Of a stretch of DNA of 38,407 nucleotides, positions 34,887-38,407 are shown in pieces (the first letter of the stretch is position 1; the number at the start of each line of letters is the position of its first letter). The DNA is from a virus (taxonomy: Duplodnaviria; Caudoviricetes). Below the pieces are notes generated by a model. The model saw only the letters and a list, made by a program, of their open reading frames with translations, did not search any database and had not been told where the DNA came from. Where the stretch lies: IMG/VR virus record IMGVR_UViG_3300022936_000019, positions 1 to 38,407 of that record. The stretch is one strand, 5' to 3'. The position numbers and the translations under genes were made by a program.

Positions 34887-34916
34887 TTGTTTATATTAAT
34901 AATTGTTGTATATTTG
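34887..34916 (+). promoter_or_regulatory. Consensus early promoter TTG-N19-TATATTTG
   Basis: Shares TTGTTTAT and TGTTGTATATTTGTCA with the 32110 promoter. Confidence 0.8.
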
Positions 34917-34938
34917 TCACAACAAAAAGATAGAAATT

Positions 34939-35244
34939 ATGGAAGCTAAAAAATGGTTACAAAGAAAATATCCTGATTCGTTTAACGAACTTAACGAATA
35001 TTTCGACAGGCACGAATTGGTTAATTTTAAAAAGTCTACAATGAAAATTGGCAGATTAACCAAAGATATAATACAATGTCAAAAATACAACAAAGGAAGT
35101 ATTATTCAGTTTAGAAGATATTCAGTATCCGATTACAATTATCCACATGTTTATTGTGTTGTAAAATGTCAAGTTGGGTACACTGAAAGCGGTTATCACA
35201 GCTTTAATATTACTTTACAAGACTTTAAAGAAATAACATCATGA
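34939..35244 (+). CDS. Hypothetical protein (start moved to ATG 34939)
   Basis: Track start lies inside the promoter; AATTATG context at 34939. Confidence 0.75.
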   Translation: MEAKKWLQRKYPDSFNELNEYFDRHELVNFKKSTMKIGRLTKDIIQCQKYNKGSIIQFRRYSVSDYNYPHVYCVVKCQVGYTESGYHSFNITLQDFKEITS

Positions 35245-35480
35245 AAAACTACCAAGTAACAATCCATTTTCGTTACGTATCAAACGGAGAAATAGAAAAA
35301 GACCACGATACTCATTATGTATCATCTTTATCTGAAGAACACGCAAAAGTAATTGTTTCTGATATGTACGGTTCAAAATATGTTCCGTTTAAATTCGAAG
35401 TCCAGGAGCAAATGAGTAAAGAATTATTATTTAACTTAACAAAACCAAATTTCAATGTTAGCCAAATTCAAAAAAATTAA
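35241..35480 (+). CDS. Hypothetical protein
   Basis: ATGA-coupled ORF. Confidence 0.7.
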   Translation: MKNYQVTIHFRYVSNGEIEKDHDTHYVSSLSEEHAKVIVSDMYGSKYVPFKFEVQEQMSKELLFNLTKPNFNVSQIQKN

Positions 35481-35688
35481 AGACAAAACGTATTTTTACA
35501 GAGTGCTTGGAACTAAAACTGGCAGAGAGCCTAATTCAATACAAAATCATTGGTTTAAGCAAATGTTCTGCTCGGTTCCTGTTCCACATCAAAAAACTGC
35601 AGAGGAAACAATAGACATTTTCATCGAGTACGAAAAAGAACTACACGAAACAACGGAAAGATTACACATTAAATATTTTGGGAAATAA
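35455..35688 (+). CDS. Hypothetical protein, possible HTH
   Basis: FYRVLGTKTGREPNSIQNHWF. Confidence 0.65.
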   Translation: MLAKFKKIKDKTYFYRVLGTKTGREPNSIQNHWFKQMFCSVPVPHQKTAEETIDIFIEYEKELHETTERLHIKYFGK

Positions 35689-35703
35689 CTAAAAAATAAA
35701 ATT

Positions 35704-36144
35704 ATGAAACTACCAATTAGATTAGAAAACGCAATTACAAAGCTTTATAACGCTTTTCATAACAATGAATTGCAAGCTTCATGTTGTATGTCGTGTGCAG
35801 TAGGAAACATTTGTGATGGAGATTATAGATGGGCTGACTTTTTCGGTTACTTAACAGAAGATGACAATGAAGAAGAGATAATTACAGGGATAAGACAGCG
35901 TTATGAATTAACAAGCACTGAAAATTATAGTAAAAATGGATATTCAGGACAGGAGCTTTCAGAAGTTGAATTTATATTTTTAAAACAATTCATTGGGTTT
36001 AAAGAGTCAGATAAAAATGCACAATTCAAAGGATTATGTGCAGTAGTAGAATATCTTTGCGAATTGGATAACATTCCTAACGTAATGGATTATACAAAGT
36101 TATTCGAAACTGAAAACGATAAACCTAAATATCAATTATTATGA
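35704..36144 (+). CDS. Hypothetical protein with Cys cluster
   Basis: RLENAITKLY.AFH..L....C..CAVGNIC. Confidence 0.8.
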   Translation: MKLPIRLENAITKLYNAFHNNELQASCCMSCAVGNICDGDYRWADFFGYLTEDDNEEEIITGIRQRYELTSTENYSKNGYSGQELSEVEFIFLKQFIGFKESDKNAQFKGLCAVVEYLCELDNIPNVMDYTKLFETENDKPKYQLL

Positions 36145-36452
36145 AAAAATTACTAAAACTTATAAAATACATTCACCACTTTACGAATCACGAAGTAAAG
36201 CCTGAAGATGAAGCGAGGGACATTCTGCAGTTTATGTTGCTACGATCAAGTACAACGCATACGATGGAAATCATGGAATCGTTGGAAGAACAGTTTAAAG
36301 CGGAAATGTTGCTTAGAAAATTGGAAGCTGAAAAAGTATGTAAGGCTGTAAATAATAAATATGTACCTCATCCGGTTAAGCCTACATACATGGAATTGTT
36401 AGTTAAGGATCCCGTATTTGAAAAACCATACGCTTCAACATTTCCAGGATAA
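36141..36452 (+). CDS. Hypothetical protein
   Basis: ATGA-coupled ORF. Confidence 0.75.
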   Translation: MKKLLKLIKYIHHFTNHEVKPEDEARDILQFMLLRSSTTHTMEIMESLEEQFKAEMLLRKLEAEKVCKAVNNKYVPHPVKPTYMELLVKDPVFEKPYASTFPG

Positions 36453-36479
36453 TAAATAAACCACATTAAAAATATAATT

Positions 36480-36995
36480 ATGGAAGAACAAAAAACAGAC
36501 TGGCGAAAGTTCAGGAAATCCACTCACTTAGCTAGTGCCGATTTAGATGCATTAGAAAGCGAAGGTAAAAAACTTATATTCCAAATTAAGGAAGTAAAAT
36601 ATGAGGAAGGTGTCGATGTTTCAGGAACTAAAATGAATGGCGTTTTCTGCTATTTTATGCAAGATATTAAGCCTCTTAAACTAAACTCTACGAACAGCAA
36701 AATACTTGCCGGATTCGCTAAAAAAGATGGCTATATAGGTAAAGACTGTCATTTAATTGAGAATTGGAAAGGAATGATTATTGAGCTATTTGTTGACCAT
36801 AATGTTAAAATGATGGGAGCTATTACAGACGGAGTTAGAATACAACCAATAAGACCCAAAGTAAAAGCAAAACCTGAATTTACAGAAGATAATTTTGAAA
36901 CTGCATTTAAGGCAAAAGCAACAATTGAAGCAATTAAAAAACATTACTCAATAACTCCTGAAATGGAAAAATTATACTCAAATTATGGAAAGTAA
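36480..36995 (+). CDS. Putative ssDNA-binding/annealing partner of the exonuclease
   Basis: Beta-rich; directly upstream of and overlapping the YqaJ gene; function inferred from position only. Confidence 0.5.
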   Translation: MEEQKTDWRKFRKSTHLASADLDALESEGKKLIFQIKEVKYEEGVDVSGTKMNGVFCYFMQDIKPLKLNSTNSKILAGFAKKDGYIGKDCHLIENWKGMIIELFVDHNVKMMGAITDGVRIQPIRPKVKAKPEFTEDNFETAFKAKATIEAIKKHYSITPEMEKLYSNYGK

Positions 36996-37599
36996 TCAAA
37001 GATCAGACGAATGGATTGAACAAAGATTAGGCAAGTTTACTGCTTCTGAAACACATAAATTAATGAGCATTAAAGGGCTTGGAGAAACTGGTAAAACTTA
37101 TGCGTTTGAAAAAGCAATCGAACATTTATTCGGACAAGTTGAAGAACAGTATATTTCTTATGATATGCAAAACGGTATCGATTTAGAGCCGTTAGCATTT
37201 AAAAAGTTCTCAGAATTAAAAGCATTACAATTCCTTGAAGTAGAAAGTTGCGGTTTTTTTGATGATGGAGATGAAACCGGATCAAGTCCAGATGGTTTGG
37301 TTTCAGATGATGCAGTTTTAGAAATTAAGTGCCCAAAAGTAAATACTTTTTTTAAGCTTGTTTTAAGCAATGAAATTGACAAAAAGTACTTCTATCAAAT
37401 GCAAAAGCAAATGAAGTCTACAAATAGAAGTAAGGCGTATTTTTTCAACTATATTGTTATTGAGGGTAAAGAGTATTGGCACGAAATTGTAGTTTTAAGA
37501 GATCAGGGTGTAATTGATTTAATAGATATTCGTGAAAAAGAAGCGATTAAAATTAAATGGGAGTATATCGATTTAATTGATAAAAATAGACAATTCTAA
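36985..37599 (+). CDS. YqaJ / lambda-exonuclease family recombination nuclease
   Basis: QRSDEW..QR.GK.TAS, G.DLEP.A, SPDGL, EIKCP, Y.YQMQ.QM. Confidence 0.93.
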   Translation: MESNQRSDEWIEQRLGKFTASETHKLMSIKGLGETGKTYAFEKAIEHLFGQVEEQYISYDMQNGIDLEPLAFKKFSELKALQFLEVESCGFFDDGDETGSSPDGLVSDDAVLEIKCPKVNTFFKLVLSNEIDKKYFYQMQKQMKSTNRSKAYFFNYIVIEGKEYWHEIVVLRDQGVIDLIDIREKEAIKIKWEYIDLIDKNRQF

Positions 37600-37934
37600 T
37601 GCTTACCACAATAGCCGAGTTTTCAGAAAAGAACGGATTCAATATAAATTCAGTTCGTTGGCAGTTAAGATATAAAGGTATTAAACCAATCGATACCGAA
37701 CAATATCGGATTCGTGGTTATCGTGGAAAACCTTTTAAAATTGAAGATGTTTCAAGTGTTATGGATAGTTTTGTACCTAATAAAAAACATGAATATTCAG
37801 GGGCAATAAATTACACTCAATCAGAAATTATCCAGGTGTTACGCAATCATCCAAAGCATTCTCTTTGGAATAAACACATAAAAGATTGGAATAGTTCCGA
37901 TTTCACAGAATTTAATAATTTAAAAAATAGATAG
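37599..37934 (+). CDS. Hypothetical protein with N-terminal HTH-like segment
   Basis: TIAEFSEKNGFNINSVRWQL. Confidence 0.7.
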   Translation: MLTTIAEFSEKNGFNINSVRWQLRYKGIKPIDTEQYRIRGYRGKPFKIEDVSSVMDSFVPNKKHEYSGAINYTQSEIIQVLRNHPKHSLWNKHIKDWNSSDFTEFNNLKNR

Positions 37935-37936
37935 TT

Positions 37937-38122
37937 ATGAGGTCGCTAAAAGAACTTTGGGAGTTATTAGAGAAACATGTTGAAGGGTCAATTTTACAGT
38001 GTATTATTTCAAAAGAAAAAGAAGGTCTTATAAACGGTGAAGAAGCTTTTAGATTAAGAATAAATTACGGAGAAAATATAAAAAAATCAGTTAAACAATT
38101 AATTAAAATCAATTCATTATGA
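37937..38122 (+). CDS. Hypothetical protein
   Basis: Coupled ORF. Confidence 0.65.
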   Translation: MRSLKELWELLEKHVEGSILQCIISKEKEGLINGEEAFRLRINYGENIKKSVKQLIKINSL

Positions 38123-38391
38123 AAAATTTATTACATGAGTTTTTTAACTCAAAATCAGATGCTAATGGAGAATGGGGTTTGCTTTACGCCACTCAACAAG
38201 AACAACTTGAAAAAGAATTCGAAGAATGGTATTCAAATAGACAGGTTAGTTTCGAAGAATCCGTAGAGCCATTAATGAAATGGTTATCCGAAAACAAACA
38301 TCCTATGTGTAGAGTAATTGTAGATTGTTCAAATGCCGAACTATTAGAGGGATTGCAAACACATGTTAACCACGAATTTATTAAGGATTAG
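38119..38391 (+). CDS. Hypothetical protein
   Basis: FEESVEPLMKWLSEN.HP..VIVD...AELLEG. Confidence 0.75.
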   Translation: MKNLLHEFFNSKSDANGEWGLLYATQQEQLEKEFEEWYSNRQVSFEESVEPLMKWLSENKHPMCRVIVDCSNAELLEGLQTHVNHEFIKD

Positions 38392-38407
38392 TCAAAACCA
38401 AAAAACC

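Larger units (their letters stand above)
1..38407 (+). mobile_element. Tailed dsDNA bacteriophage genome (siphovirus-type, HK97-fold head), probable Flavobacteriaceae host
   Basis: Full terminase-portal-protease-capsid-neck-tail-lysis order. No host housekeeping genes. Bacteroidota-type promoters and SD-less A-rich starts. Early genes at both window ends on the same strand. Confidence 0.95.

Noticed and set aside
35139-35147. Perfect DnaA box TTATCCACA
   Set aside because: Single copy inside a CDS; plausible by chance
447-37382. Short minus-strand ORFs in the track (all except 19394..19906)
   Set aside because: They lie antisense within well-supported + strand genes and show no motifs; shadow ORFs

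Overview
An apparently complete or near-complete, circularly permuted genome of a tailed dsDNA phage (siphovirus-type, HK97-like head). The host is very likely a Bacteroidota/Flavobacteriaceae member, judged from the AT-richness, absence of Shine-Dalgarno sites, A-rich ..AATTATG starts and many TAnnTTTG (-7) / TTG-N19 (-33) promoters. Nearly all genes are on the + strand, in this order: early/replication genes (DnaA-domain-IV-like HTH, P-loop kinase, SF2 helicase, VRR-NUC, DUF3987 helicase plus iteron-rich origin, C5 methyltransferase, XRE), packaging/head, neck/tail with a -1 frameshift chaperone, tail tip and fibres, lysis, a tRNA-like gene, then early genes including a YqaJ exonuclease. I could not recognise an integrase, DNA polymerase, primase or SSB. 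The most notable observations are: (1) two copies of a kissing-loop/terminator 5'-leader RNA with co-varying loops (1482-1580 +, 19911-19988 -); (2) an accessory cassette inside the head module, comprising a GT4 glycosyltransferase with an L9-N-like tail, a promoter-driven ~140-nt structured ncRNA, a stand-alone L9-N-like protein and an Acb2/Tad1-like protein; (3) a tail protein with a circularly permuted SGNH esterase; (4) a tRNA-like RNA with a broken anticodon arm and a trailer complementary to AUG start regions. All family assignments come from motif recognition by eye; no database searches were run.
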